Shown: in pieces, positions 18,979 through 28,292 of the stretch
Layout of the letters: the number at the start of each line of letters is the position of its first letter
How positions within the stretch are numbered: the stretch's first letter is position 1
DNA from: an uncultured Rhodospirillaceae bacterium
GTDB taxonomy: Bacteria > Pseudomonadota > Alphaproteobacteria > UBA9219
Reading direction: 5' to 3'
Length of the DNA stretch: 52,093 nt
Assembly: GCA_964626265.1 (NCBI GenBank)
Contig: CAZVCG010000012.1
Location: forward strand, 1 to 52,093
The notes under the pieces: model-generated
Seen by the model: only the letters and a program-made list of their open reading frames with translations
The model's database searches: none
Told to the model about the DNA's origin: nothing
Translations under genes and position numbers: made by a program

Positions 18979-20211
18979 TCAACCCTGCGTTGTTTTTGTA
19001 GCTGGCGGTTGCCCGAGCATTGCGCCGTAAAGTTCGGTCACCGAGGCGCACCATTTTTCCTGAGGGAACGCGTTCGCCATAAAGGCTCGCGTGCGCTTGG
19101 CGAGGTCGATGCGCTGAACGCCCGTCATCTGAACGGCTTCATCCAACGCCTGAGTCAAGACTTCGACATTGTCGGGCGGAACGATCCATGCCGTTTCGCC
19201 GCCTTTGACCATTTCTGCGTTAGCGCCGCATTCGGTGACGATGACAGGCCGACCCATGGCTTGTGCGGCGAGCAATTCCATTGCATGTCCGCGCGGCAAT
19301 GTGTTCGTGGCGAGAACAAGCGTCGAAAGCCAGCAAGCCGCAGGCCAATCGGCGCAGTGATCGGGCATGACGACGCGTCCTTCAAGACCGCTCATTAAAA
19401 TCTGTTGTTCGATGTCAACGCGCGTGCCGGGCGACTTGCGGTCATCGCCGACCATCACCGTGAACACGTCCGTGCGCTTCAAATTTTTCAACGCTTGCAA
19501 AAGCTGGCGGTGACCATAGCCGGGAGCCAACGGCGTTGCCATGACAAGGATCGTGGCCTGTTCGGGCAACCGCCACAACTCGCTTAGTTTCTGCAAACGT
19601 TCCGGCGACACGCGGGCGGCATCGAACCAGCCCAGATCGATGCCGGGCGGTACATGATAGAGGCGGTCTCCTGAAAGCTTGTGATCCTGCTTGAGATGTT
19701 CGGCCATGTATCGCGTCGGCACGCGGAACCAAAATCCGCGTTGGGCCGCCAGTTTCAAAAGCCGGGCGTTGCGGCGGGTGGTCGGCGCGGGGTCTTCGAC
19801 ATCAAGCAATAACGGCAAGCGGTGAGATTTAGCCAACCCCAGGGCATGCGGAAGTATATCGAGGCCGTGAACGTGGATTAGGCTTGGTTTCTCGCGCTGG
19901 AACAGCGCTTCAAGTTGCACGCGGCTGCGCCAGCGGGCGAAGATATGCCGCTTGTTGATAGGCATTCTTGTGTGGCGCACGGCCGCGCGCTCAGCCTCCA
20001 TGACCAGCGCGCCGCCCGCAGAGGCGACGACAGGCCGCCAGCCGCTGCGGTGGGTTTGAATGGCTAGATCGACGACTTCTCGCGCCTCCGCGTCGATGCC
20101 TAAATCAGCCGCAAGGTGCAATACCGTCGAGCGCACGGTGCGCGGGGGCGCTTTGCGCGAGGCGTTGTGTACAGGATCGTTCCTGCTAGATTGCAAGGCG
20201 GCGGATAACAT
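18979..20211 (-). CDS. glycosyltransferase family 4
   Basis: GT-B pattern, EAQAMGRPVI-like LAAQAMGRPVI, GETAWIVPP; start uncertain. Confidence 0.8.
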   Translation of the reverse strand: MLSAALQSSRNDPVHNASRKAPPRTVRSTVLHLAADLGIDAEAREVVDLAIQTHRSGWRPVVASAGGALVMEAERAAVRHTRMPINKRHIFARWRSRVQLEALFQREKPSLIHVHGLDILPHALGLAKSHRLPLLLDVEDPAPTTRRNARLLKLAAQRGFWFRVPTRYMAEHLKQDHKLSGDRLYHVPPGIDLGWFDAARVSPERLQKLSELWRLPEQATILVMATPLAPGYGHRQLLQALKNLKRTDVFTVMVGDDRKSPGTRVDIEQQILMSGLEGRVVMPDHCADWPAACWLSTLVLATNTLPRGHAMELLAAQAMGRPVIVTECGANAEMVKGGETAWIVPPDNVEVLTQALDEAVQMTGVQRIDLAKRTRAFMANAFPQEKWCASVTELYGAMLGQPPATKTTQG

Positions 20212-20229
20212 GTGCGAGTCGTCAGAATC

Positions 20230-21027
20230 ATGAGCGAAAAACCAATGTTCCTCACTCTACCGGATAGGAAGCTAGCCTATCAACAAGTCCTTGGAAACAG
20301 GGATATTTGCTCAAAAAACGGCCTATTTTTCCTAGGCGGATACGCCTCAGACATGACGGGCAGCAAGGCTACGTTTCTGGCAGAACGAAGCGCGGCGGCG
20401 GGCAGGGGGCTGACACGGTTCGATTACAGTGGCCACGGCCAGTCCAGCGGGGCTTTTATTGATGGCACGATAGGCGGTTGGTTTCAGGACGCCTTGGCCG
20501 TTTTCGACCAGCTAACCACGGGGCCGCAGGTGCTGGTGGGCTCCAGCATGGGGGGATGGATCGGCCTTTTGCTGGCGCGGGCAAGGCCGGAACGCGTGGC
20601 GGGCTTTGTGGGCATCGCCGCAGCGCCGGATTTCACGGTGGATCTTATCGAACGCTATTTGTCGCCCGAACAACAAGAAGATTTACGACGCGACGGCGTG
20701 ACTTACGACGAAAGTGGCGGGCCTGAGCGGCGTGTGCCGATTACTCAAAAGCTGATCGACGAAGGGCGAAATCACCTTTTGTTGCGCGGACAGTTGGGGG
20801 TGGATTGCCCGATGCGTTTGCTGCAAGGCCTACAGGACACTGAAGTGCCGTGGCAAACCGCGCTCAGAATAACGGAAACGGTCGCGGCGCAAGACGTGCG
20901 CGTCACGCTCATCAAGGACGGCAACCACAGCCTCAGCAGGCCGGAGGATTTAGAGGTGTTGTGGCGTGAGGTGGAAGGATTAGCTGATAGTTACGATGGT
21001 GTCATTCCCGCGAAAGCGGGAATCTAG
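20230..21027 (+). CDS. alpha/beta hydrolase
   Basis: RFDYSGHGQS, GSSMGG nucleophile elbow and DGNHSLSR; last codons come from a REP element. Confidence 0.9.
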   Translation: MSEKPMFLTLPDRKLAYQQVLGNRDICSKNGLFFLGGYASDMTGSKATFLAERSAAAGRGLTRFDYSGHGQSSGAFIDGTIGGWFQDALAVFDQLTTGPQVLVGSSMGGWIGLLLARARPERVAGFVGIAAAPDFTVDLIERYLSPEQQEDLRRDGVTYDESGGPERRVPITQKLIDEGRNHLLLRGQLGVDCPMRLLQGLQDTEVPWQTALRITETVAAQDVRVTLIKDGNHSLSRPEDLEVLWREVEGLADSYDGVIPAKAGI

Positions 21028-21106
21028 CGCCGCATGTCCATGCGGCACATGAGTCTTATGGCTCGCGGACGCTCGCCGCTGGATCCCCGCTTGCGCGGGG
21101 ATGACA
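21000..21106. repeat. palindromic element family A (107 bp)
   Basis: tgtcattcccgcgaaagcgggaatct ... ggatccccgcttgcgcggggatgaca. Confidence 0.9.
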
Positions 21107-21116
21107 AAAGATAAAC

Positions 21117-21950
21117 CTATTCCTCCACCCTCACTCTCCACCCCGTATACGTGACGTATATTCGCGCTTCGGCGTTCTGGTGCGGCGGGGCGAGGGGGGC
21201 GTTCATGCTCTGCCAGATAACATAAGTGTCGTCGGTGTCGGAAAGTTGCGTGCCCGTGCCTTGCTCGGCTTCGTCATACGGCATGTTGGCGGCGAAGAAG
21301 CGGCTAAAGCGAGGCGAGGCGTCGAACAATTCGCCATACACGGGGTTGCCATAAATCACGTAGATTTTCTTGGATGGATTGGCCGCCAGCGTATTTTCGA
21401 TGTTCGTCACGACGCGCTTCATCAGCTTTTTGAAAAACGGGTTGCACAAGTAGACGACCACGTCGCCTTCGGGCAACAAGGTTTGCGCCGCATCGCCTTC
21501 GATCACAGTGATGGGCGTGCGCTCGGAAAAACGCTCGTTCATAATAGCCGCGTTGGCCCGCGCGATGGCGGCGAGTTTGGGCGAAAGCTCAACGCCTATA
21601 ATCTCGCGCAACGGAAACTCGCTGGCCACGGCCAGCACACGCCCCTTGCCGCAGCCGATATCGACCAGCGCGAAAGTTTCGAGGTTCGGGATGAGGCGCA
21701 AAATCTTACGGATGATGCTCGGTTGCGATCCGGCATAGCCTGTGCTGTACAGATCGGCGGTTGAATTGCTTGAGCGCAACGCCGCGCCGAAGATCGAGCC
21801 GCTGGTGTCGATGCCATACTGGTCGTCGACGGGGTGCGGCAATGGCGGCTTGAAACGACGCGCCGGATCGAATCGCCGGAACGTGTTGAACATCACCCCC
21901 CGCCAAGGCATGACGAAGAGGTAACGGTAAAGGCGGAGAAAGAAAGTCAT
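21117..21950 (-). CDS. class I SAM-dependent methyltransferase
   Basis: LVDIGCGKGR, GVELSP, IEGDA and YLCNPF. Confidence 0.8.
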   Translation of the reverse strand: MTFFLRLYRYLFVMPWRGVMFNTFRRFDPARRFKPPLPHPVDDQYGIDTSGSIFGAALRSSNSTADLYSTGYAGSQPSIIRKILRLIPNLETFALVDIGCGKGRVLAVASEFPLREIIGVELSPKLAAIARANAAIMNERFSERTPITVIEGDAAQTLLPEGDVVVYLCNPFFKKLMKRVVTNIENTLAANPSKKIYVIYGNPVYGELFDASPRFSRFFAANMPYDEAEQGTGTQLSDTDDTYVIWQSMNAPLAPPHQNAEARIYVTYTGWRVRVEE

Positions 21951-21992
21951 CGTTTTTTCAAGGCAACTTTTCCACTAAGAAGAATTATAGCA

Positions 21993-22769
21993 TCATCCCA
22001 AATGAGGGTTGCTTGTCGTATTTTTTCCAACAGCTAAATTCAACTGAGCCACAATTTCCTCCTCGTGCAAATCGTTGTTGAGCATGATTTGGGCGCCTAA
22101 TAATTCCCGCGCGGCGAGGACGAGGCAGGCTTCGATGCGTTCGCTGCGCTCGGGGTTTTGCATCATATAGCGGTCGAAAAGGTCGGCGACGTTGTGGCGC
22201 ATACGGCTTGCGATACGCGCCTGGCGCACGGCGTGATGGACATCGAGAACGATCGCATGCGCTCCCGTTTTTTCCTTCGCCTTGCGAAAAGCCTCGCGCA
22301 AATAGGCGGGCACATGAAACGCGGCCGCTGAACGCTCGCTACGCCCCCAATGAAACGCCAGCGCGCGCAAGCCGTTGTGCCCGACGACGATCAGCTTTTT
22401 ATCCGGCGCGCGGAAGCGCGCCACGTCCCAGCGGATCAGCGCGTTCATAAAAAACGGTAGCACTGCCCCCATACGCGGATAAAGCGCGAGAAAGGCGCTT
22501 TCCTGCAAATGGTCGAAAAGGCCTTTCTGGATGCTGGAACTTTCGTTCGTCGGGCGGCTTGAGAAGAAACGCTTGCGCTTTTCCACATTCCCGCCCCTTT
22601 TGCGGATAAATCGTTCCAATACATTGGCTACATGGTCTTTACCGGAAGCGTCCGTGCCCAATAACAGGATTACGTCGGGAATGTCATGCGGCGCGTGGAA
22701 AAAAGACATTAGCGCGCGCACATTTATTGGCGTTTTTCTTTGCGGCGCTGGTGCCAGCGTTTCAGCCAC
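21993..22769 (-). CDS. hypothetical protein, nucleotide-kinase-like P-loop
   Basis: LLLGTDASGKD Walker-A-like motif and IVLDV..AVRQARI; start may be 22709. Confidence 0.6.
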   Translation of the reverse strand: MAETLAPAPQRKTPINVRALMSFFHAPHDIPDVILLLGTDASGKDHVANVLERFIRKRGGNVEKRKRFFSSRPTNESSSIQKGLFDHLQESAFLALYPRMGAVLPFFMNALIRWDVARFRAPDKKLIVVGHNGLRALAFHWGRSERSAAAFHVPAYLREAFRKAKEKTGAHAIVLDVHHAVRQARIASRMRHNVADLFDRYMMQNPERSERIEACLVLAARELLGAQIMLNNDLHEEEIVAQLNLAVGKNTTSNPHLG

Positions 22770-23176
22770 TCAAGCACTTTTTCAGAGGAAAAATACATGA
22801 GAACGGCAGCCACCGCGCCGACGATCGTCGTTCCGGTCAGCATCGTGATGAAAAAATGAGGGCCGAGCGCGAAAAAGCTCTTAAGGCTGCGCACGGCCAT
22901 GAAATCTGGCAGAGGCTCGTCCGCTCCGCCCACGATCAGATGGCCGATGAAATAGCAGAAGGTGTAAATCGGTATGTAGGTAAAGGGATTCGAAATGGCC
23001 GTCGCGGCGGCGGCGACGATCTTGTTGCCGCGAACGATATGGCTGATGATGAGGGAAAGGATGATTTGCAGGCCGAACAGGAACGCAAAAGCGAAAAATG
23101 TCCCAACGGCCAAGCCTCGCGCTATCGATTCCGGCGTGTCTTTCACGTGGGCGATTTTATGGGTCCATTCGAGCAT
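22724..23176 (-). CDS. DUF2062-family membrane protein
   Basis: PESIARGLAVG and ISNPFTYIPIY. Confidence 0.8.
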   Translation of the reverse strand: MLEWTHKIAHVKDTPESIARGLAVGTFFAFAFLFGLQIILSLIISHIVRGNKIVAAAATAISNPFTYIPIYTFCYFIGHLIVGGADEPLPDFMAVRSLKSFFALGPHFFITMLTGTTIVGAVAAVLMYFSSEKVLEWLKRWHQRRKEKRQ

Positions 23177-23285
23177 CGGTTCCAGCTCCGTTATATGACG
23201 GTTCCATCCAGTCGTTCAACGTCGATTCAACAAAAAGTTATACGTATATTTCTAGCTAAACCCGATTGCGCGCCAGCGCTTCAGG

Positions 23286-23867
23286 TTAACCTCTATTGAA
23301 AAAAATTACGCCCAGCGTCACCAGCGCGACGGTCGCCCAGCCCAAGCGATCGACGTACTTGTGCAAGGCGGCTTCCATCTTTGGCCCTCCCCAGGCCATA
23401 AGAGCGGCGACAAGATAAAATCGCGCTCCGCGGCCAATGGCCGAGGCCAGAACGAAAGGCCCGAAAGCCATGGAAAGAGCCCCGGCGGCGATAGTGAAAA
23501 CTTTATAGGGGATGGGTGAAAACCCCGCCACAAAAACCGCCCAAAACCCATAATCGCCGAACCACTTTACCGCCGTTTGATAGGTATCCCAATAATGGCT
23601 TTCCCGCAAATAGGGTTCGATGGCCGAAAAGGCGAAATAGCCGATGGCATAGCCGAGCATTCCGCCCAAAACCGAGGCCGCTGTCGTCAGGAACGCGAAC
23701 CGCCAAGCTCGTTTTGGCGCGGCGAGACACATCGGCGCGAGCATGACGTCGGGAGGGATAGGGAAAAAGGAGGATTCGGCAAAGCTCAAGCCGCCCAGAA
23801 ACCATGGAGCCTTGGGATGGCGCGACCAAGCCATCGTCCGGCTGTAAAGTGCTGAAAAGATTTTCAT
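23286..23867 (-). CDS. DedA/YqaA-family (VTT) membrane protein
   Basis: SFAESSFFPIPPDV, SPIPYKVFT and RGARF. Confidence 0.9.
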   Translation of the reverse strand: MKIFSALYSRTMAWSRHPKAPWFLGGLSFAESSFFPIPPDVMLAPMCLAAPKRAWRFAFLTTAASVLGGMLGYAIGYFAFSAIEPYLRESHYWDTYQTAVKWFGDYGFWAVFVAGFSPIPYKVFTIAAGALSMAFGPFVLASAIGRGARFYLVAALMAWGGPKMEAALHKYVDRLGWATVALVTLGVIFFNRG

Positions 23868-23977
23868 AAAAACGCTTTCTGTCAGGAACTTGCCGCTCAA
23901 AGGCGGAGCAGGCCTTTGGCTTAGTCAAAGGCCGGCCTTCTGGCAAGACGCGATTTTAAGACAGATATTTGCGGCAT

Positions 23978-24445
23978 TTATATGTTTAAAGCCGCGTTCA
24001 GCCGCCAGAGAGACGCGTTGAGAACGGCGGCGAAAGAAACCCACAGAGCATAAGGGATGAAAAGCCATGCGGCGGTTCTATCTTCGTTCCATGCGCGCCT
24101 GATAAAGGCAAAGATCGCTCCCAACAAAAGAACGATGACCGCGAATGCGCCGCCGATGCTGTGCGCGCCGAAAAAGACAGGCGACCAGAGAAAATTCAAA
24201 AACATTTGCGCGAACCAAAGTTTCATGGCCTGCCCACTTCTTTCGCGCATCCATGTGCGGTAACCCGCCACGGCGATCATAATGTAAAGAGCCGTCCACA
24301 CAGGCCCAAACACCCAGTTCGGCGGATTGAAAGACGGTTTGACGAGTTGTTCATACCATTCGCCCGGCTGCGTCATCGAGCCAATGGCCGAGCCGATGCC
24401 CAAAACGGCGAAAAGAAAAACGGCAAGAACCGCAACAGGTTTCAT
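23978..24445 (-). CDS. tspO: TspO/MBR tryptophan-rich sensory protein
   Basis: WYEQLVKPSFNPPNWVFGPVWT, LNFLWSPVFFG and PYALWVSFA; AAGGAG RBS. Confidence 0.92.
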   Translation of the reverse strand: MKPVAVLAVFLFAVLGIGSAIGSMTQPGEWYEQLVKPSFNPPNWVFGPVWTALYIMIAVAGYRTWMRERSGQAMKLWFAQMFLNFLWSPVFFGAHSIGGAFAVIVLLLGAIFAFIRRAWNEDRTAAWLFIPYALWVSFAAVLNASLWRLNAALNI

Positions 24446-24638
24446 GATGTTCTCCTTTAACCGAGATTCCGCGAACATTATACGGCAAAATTGTGTCAAG
24501 GGGAGAGAGGAATTGATTATAAATGCATTTTCAAAATCACAAAGGCGTAAAGAGGTTTATTCTTGACCAAGCGTAGAAAAATATATTAGAAGTATGTAAT
24601 ATAAAGTGGACGCAAACCCTTTCGCACAGGAGGCGACT

Positions 24639-24923
24639 ATGAACAAAACATTTTCAATGCTGGCTCTTGCCTTGACCTTGCTCGGCGCGCCTGCCATGGC
24701 TCAAGCGGCTGAACCGGCCGCGCCGCTCGGCCCGGTAGCGACGGCGTGCAAGGACGACATCGCCAAACTTTGCGCCGGCAAACCGCATGACGGCGAGGTG
24801 CGGGCGTGTCTTGAAAGCCAGAAAGACAAAGTGACCGAATCCTGCCGCCATGCTCTTGAAACGACGGGCGGCGGCCATGGCAAAGGGATGGGCATGGGTC
24901 AAGGCAACATGCAGCGCCAATAG
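24639..24923 (+). CDS. secreted cysteine-rich repeat protein
   Basis: signal peptide then C-KDDIAKLC...CL......C pattern; AGGAGG RBS. Confidence 0.75.
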   Translation: MNKTFSMLALALTLLGAPAMAQAAEPAAPLGPVATACKDDIAKLCAGKPHDGEVRACLESQKDKVTESCRHALETTGGGHGKGMGMGQGNMQRQ

Positions 24924-24946
24924 TTTGCAAGACGGCGTGAAAACGG

Positions 24947-24969
24947 AAAGCCCCCGCAAGGGGGCTTTT
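24947..24969. terminator. bidirectional intrinsic terminator
   Basis: aaagccccc-gcaa-gggggctttt between convergent genes. Confidence 0.85.
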
Positions 24970-24990
24970 ACGTGGATATTCCCTTAAAGA

Positions 24991-25326
24991 TTACGCCGCG
25001 CTGCGGAACATAAAGAATGCCGCGCCCACCATGCATAGACCCGCGTAAAGATAGTTCCAGCTTAACGGCTTATCCATATACCAATAAGCAAACGCAGCAA
25101 AAACGACCATTGTGATGATTTCCTGTATGACCTTGAGCTGGCCAAGCGAAAATACGCCATACCCAATGCGGTTCGCGGGCACCTGCAGGCTGTATTCGAA
25201 AAATGCGACGCCCCAGCTCATGAGGATGGCGAGAAACAGCGGCTTGTTCTGCATGTCTTTCAAATGGCCGTACCACGCGAAAGTCATGAAAACGTTGGAG
25301 GTCAGCAGTAAAAGAATGGTTCGCAT
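24991..25326 (-). CDS. DMT-family small membrane protein
   Basis: SNVFMTFAWYGHLK, EYSLQVPANRIG and LKVIQE. Confidence 0.88.
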   Translation of the reverse strand: MRTILLLLTSNVFMTFAWYGHLKDMQNKPLFLAILMSWGVAFFEYSLQVPANRIGYGVFSLGQLKVIQEIITMVVFAAFAYWYMDKPLSWNYLYAGLCMVGAAFFMFRSAA

Positions 25327-25530
25327 GACGATGTCCCGATAATGCGAGCTTTGTGGAAAGTAAAACGGCCCGAAGCCTAAACCCTGTCTTTGGGGATGTC
25401 CAGCTCATTGGGATATTAAGAACATAGAGGCCAGCAGGCGGATTAATTCAATAACATGAGGTTTTCAGCCAAAAAAACGGGGTTTTCATCCGGCTGCAGA
25501 AACGCTAATTGAAGGGGTACGCGAGACGAT

Positions 25531-25551
25531 TGCGGAGGGGTGGCCGAGTGG
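25531..25551 (+). repeat. 21-bp duplicate of the tRNA-Ser 5' end
   Basis: tgcggaggggtggccgagtgg identical to 25634-25654. Confidence 0.85.
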
Positions 25552-25636
25552 CCGAGCGAGCGGTTGCGAGAAACGCAGAGCGAGCCGGAAAAGTTTCAAC
25601 CACGAGGTTGCGTTTTCGTAAAGTAAAAGGATATGC

Positions 25637-25729
25637 GGAGGGGTGGCCGAGTGGTTGAAGGCGATCGCCTGGAAAGCGGTTATACGGTGTTGAGCCGTAT
25701 CGTGAGTTCGAATCTCATCCCCTCCGCCA
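25637..25729 (+). tRNA. tRNA-Ser(GGA)
   Basis: acceptor stem GGAGGGG/CCCCTCC, anticodon loop CTGGAAA, long variable arm, TTCGAAT T-loop, G discriminator and encoded CCA. Confidence 0.95.
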
Positions 25730-25923
25730 TTTAGTCTTAGGCCCAGAGAACGGTAAGGTTCGCGGGGCTAGATAGTGGCCAATATTAAAGGGTTATGAGG
25801 ATATGTGACTCTCTGAGTTGCGGCCTCTGAGGCCAAACAAGCACCGTCATATCCTAAATTACCCGAAATTCTCCGGTGTCTCCTTCGGCGGTACGGCACG
25901 CGTTCTAAAGAACATCTCAATGA

Positions 25924-26205
25924 ATTAAGTCCCCTTTTCGTAAAGTGTTGCCTAAAATAGGCCATACGAAAGGAACTTCGAAAGGGAAAGCTTTAAAATA
26001 CGTTTTGGGCAAGCGAGATTTCTATTGCGGACAAAAAGCGGTATATATTGGCGATGACGCATTCAACGACAGCTCTCTTCAATTCGTTCGCGAGCGAAAC
26101 GGCGAGTTGATTCACGTCGGCAAAGGGAATCCTGAGGGCTACGCCTGTTTATCCGGGCCAGAGGAAGTCATAGCCTATTTGCGAGAAATCGTTGAAATGG
26201 CCTGA
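25924..26205 (+). pseudogene. C-terminal fragment of a HAD-IIB phosphatase (trehalose-6-phosphate phosphatase-like)
   Basis: KGKAL, YIGDD, IHVG and GPEEVIAYL; no N-terminal DxDGT motif, in-frame TGA at 25921. Confidence 0.5.
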
Positions 26206-26285
26206 TTTTCCGCCATTATTCAATAAGATCATGTTTGTAAGGTCGTGATAATTTAGGGTATGATCGCAGCTTTAGGAAGCCCTTC

Positions 26286-27278
26286 ATGAAACGCCTTTTC
26301 ACCCCTTCGGAACGCCCGGACACCGACGACACGTTCGTCCTTTCCGCCGTCGTGCCGTGTTTTAACGAAGCCGAAGGTTTGCGCGAGTTGTGGCGGCGGC
26401 TGTCCGCCGCGTGCCGCGAGACGGTGGGGAAATCCTACGAAATCATCCTCGTCAATGACGGCTCGACGGATTCCACGTGGGCCAAGATGAACCTGCTAGC
26501 CGAAGAAGACAGCCATATCATCGCCGTCAATTTGTCGCGCAACCACGGGCATCAACTGGCGCTCAGCGCAGGGCTATCCATCGCGCGCGGCGATCATGTG
26601 TTCGTTATCGATGCCGATTTGCAAGACCCGCCGGAACTGCTCGGCAAAATGCTCGACCTGATGAACCAGGGCGCGGACGTCGTTTACGGCCAGCGTACGC
26701 ACCGCAACGGCGACACGTGGTTCAAGCGCGTGACGGCCAAGGCCTTTTACAAGCTGCTCGGTAAACTGGGCGAGGTTCCCATTCCGTCCGAAGCCGGAGA
26801 TTTCCGCCTGATGAGCCGCCGCGCGGTCGACATTTTGAACAACATGCCGGAGCGCAGCCGCTACATCCGCGGCATGGTGAGCTGGATCGGGCTTCGGCAA
26901 GTCGCGCTGCCGTATGAACGCCAGCCGCGCTTTGCGGGCAAGACGCATTATCCGTTGGGTAAAATGGTGCGGTTCGCCATCGACGCCGTGACGGGCTTTT
27001 CCATCGTGCCGCTACGTATGGCGTCCTATATGGGCGCGGCCATCGGCATCGCTGGTTTGCTCCTTCTGATTTACGTGCTGTTGGCGTGGATAGCGGGCGA
27101 AACCGTGCAAGGCTGGACATCGCTCATGGTCGTCGTACTCGTGATCGGCGGCGTGCAGCTCATCAGCCTCGGCGTGTTCGGCGAATATCTCGGCCGCATG
27201 TATATCGAATCCAAACACCGCCCGCTCTTCATCATCGACAAGATCGTGAACCATGAAAAACCCGCGCCGAGAGTTTAG
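26286..27278 (+). CDS. polyprenol-phosphate glycosyltransferase, GT2 (GtrB/YkoT-like)
   Basis: VVPCFNE, VNDGSTD, LSRNHGHQLAL, DADLQDPPE, GDFRLM and two C-terminal TM helices. Confidence 0.92.
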   Translation: MKRLFTPSERPDTDDTFVLSAVVPCFNEAEGLRELWRRLSAACRETVGKSYEIILVNDGSTDSTWAKMNLLAEEDSHIIAVNLSRNHGHQLALSAGLSIARGDHVFVIDADLQDPPELLGKMLDLMNQGADVVYGQRTHRNGDTWFKRVTAKAFYKLLGKLGEVPIPSEAGDFRLMSRRAVDILNNMPERSRYIRGMVSWIGLRQVALPYERQPRFAGKTHYPLGKMVRFAIDAVTGFSIVPLRMASYMGAAIGIAGLLLLIYVLLAWIAGETVQGWTSLMVVVLVIGGVQLISLGVFGEYLGRMYIESKHRPLFIIDKIVNHEKPAPRV

Positions 27279-28129
27279 GCAGCTGAATAATCCAACGCCA
27301 AATCCAACACGGGCGCGCTGTGGGTGATCCAGCCGGATGAAATTACGTCCACGCCCGTAGCGGCGATGGCGCCGATGTTCGCGGGCGTGACGTTGCCCGA
27401 AGCTTCCGTCGTAAACTTGCCGTTCACCATCTTCACCGCTTGCGTGAGCATCGCCGCATCCATGTTGTCCAAAAGCACCGCGTCGATGGACAGGTTTAAC
27501 GCGTCGCGCAACTGGTCGAGCGTATCGACTTCAAGCTCGATTTTCACCAGATGCCCGGCGGCGGCCCGCGACTTTTCAACCGCCGTGCGAATGTTTCCTG
27601 CTGCGGCGATGTGGTTGGCCTTGATCAAGGTCGCATCGTCCAAGCCCATGCGGTGATTGAACCCCCCGCCAGCGCGTACGGCGTATTTCTCCAGCGCGCG
27701 AAGGCCCGGCGTCGTCTTGCGCGTGCACGCTACGCGCGTATTATGCGGCTTTACGGCGTCCACCAATGACCGCGTCGCCGTGGCGATGCCGCTCAAATGT
27801 CCGAGAAAGTTCAGCGCCACCCGTTCGCCGGTCAAAATCGCGCGCATCGGCCCTTCGACGACGGCCAGGGCTTCGCCCGCTTGCACCGTATCGCTGTCGT
27901 TTTTCTTGGCCGTAAACCGCACGCCGCTATCCAACAATTGAAACGCCAGCCGCGCGCATTCCATGCCTGCGATGACGCCCGCTTTCCTCGCGACAATCTG
28001 CGCGCGGCCCTGCTGCGCCGCTGGAATGATCGCGTCGGTCGTGATGTCGCCCGCGCGGCCAAGATCCTCCGCCAGCGCAAGATGCACCAGCGGCTCAAGC
28101 ATATCGTGGGGAAGAGGGGAGAGGGGCAT
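27275..28129 (-). CDS. nadC: nicotinate-nucleotide pyrophosphorylase (quinolinate phosphoribosyltransferase)
   Basis: [31 protein letters not shown] and LLDNM. Confidence 0.96.
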   Translation of the reverse strand: MPLSPLPHDMLEPLVHLALAEDLGRAGDITTDAIIPAAQQGRAQIVARKAGVIAGMECARLAFQLLDSGVRFTAKKNDSDTVQAGEALAVVEGPMRAILTGERVALNFLGHLSGIATATRSLVDAVKPHNTRVACTRKTTPGLRALEKYAVRAGGGFNHRMGLDDATLIKANHIAAAGNIRTAVEKSRAAAGHLVKIELEVDTLDQLRDALNLSIDAVLLDNMDAAMLTQAVKMVNGKFTTEASGNVTPANIGAIAATGVDVISSGWITHSAPVLDLALDYSAA

Positions 28130-28149
28130 GGTTGCGCCTATTGCCTGAT

Positions 28150-28292
28150 TGTCATCCCCGCGAAAGCGGGGATCCAGTGGGAGAGTCCGTAGTCACAAGC
28201 GGATATTTATATGTGCCGTCCGTCCCGATTGCCAGATACACTGGATTTCGGCTGGAGCCTGCCCCGTGCAGCGACACGGGGCCGGAATGACG
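28150..28292. repeat. palindromic element family A forming the nadB 3' end
   Basis: tgtcatccccgcgaaagcggggatcca ... gccggaatgacg. Confidence 0.88.
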
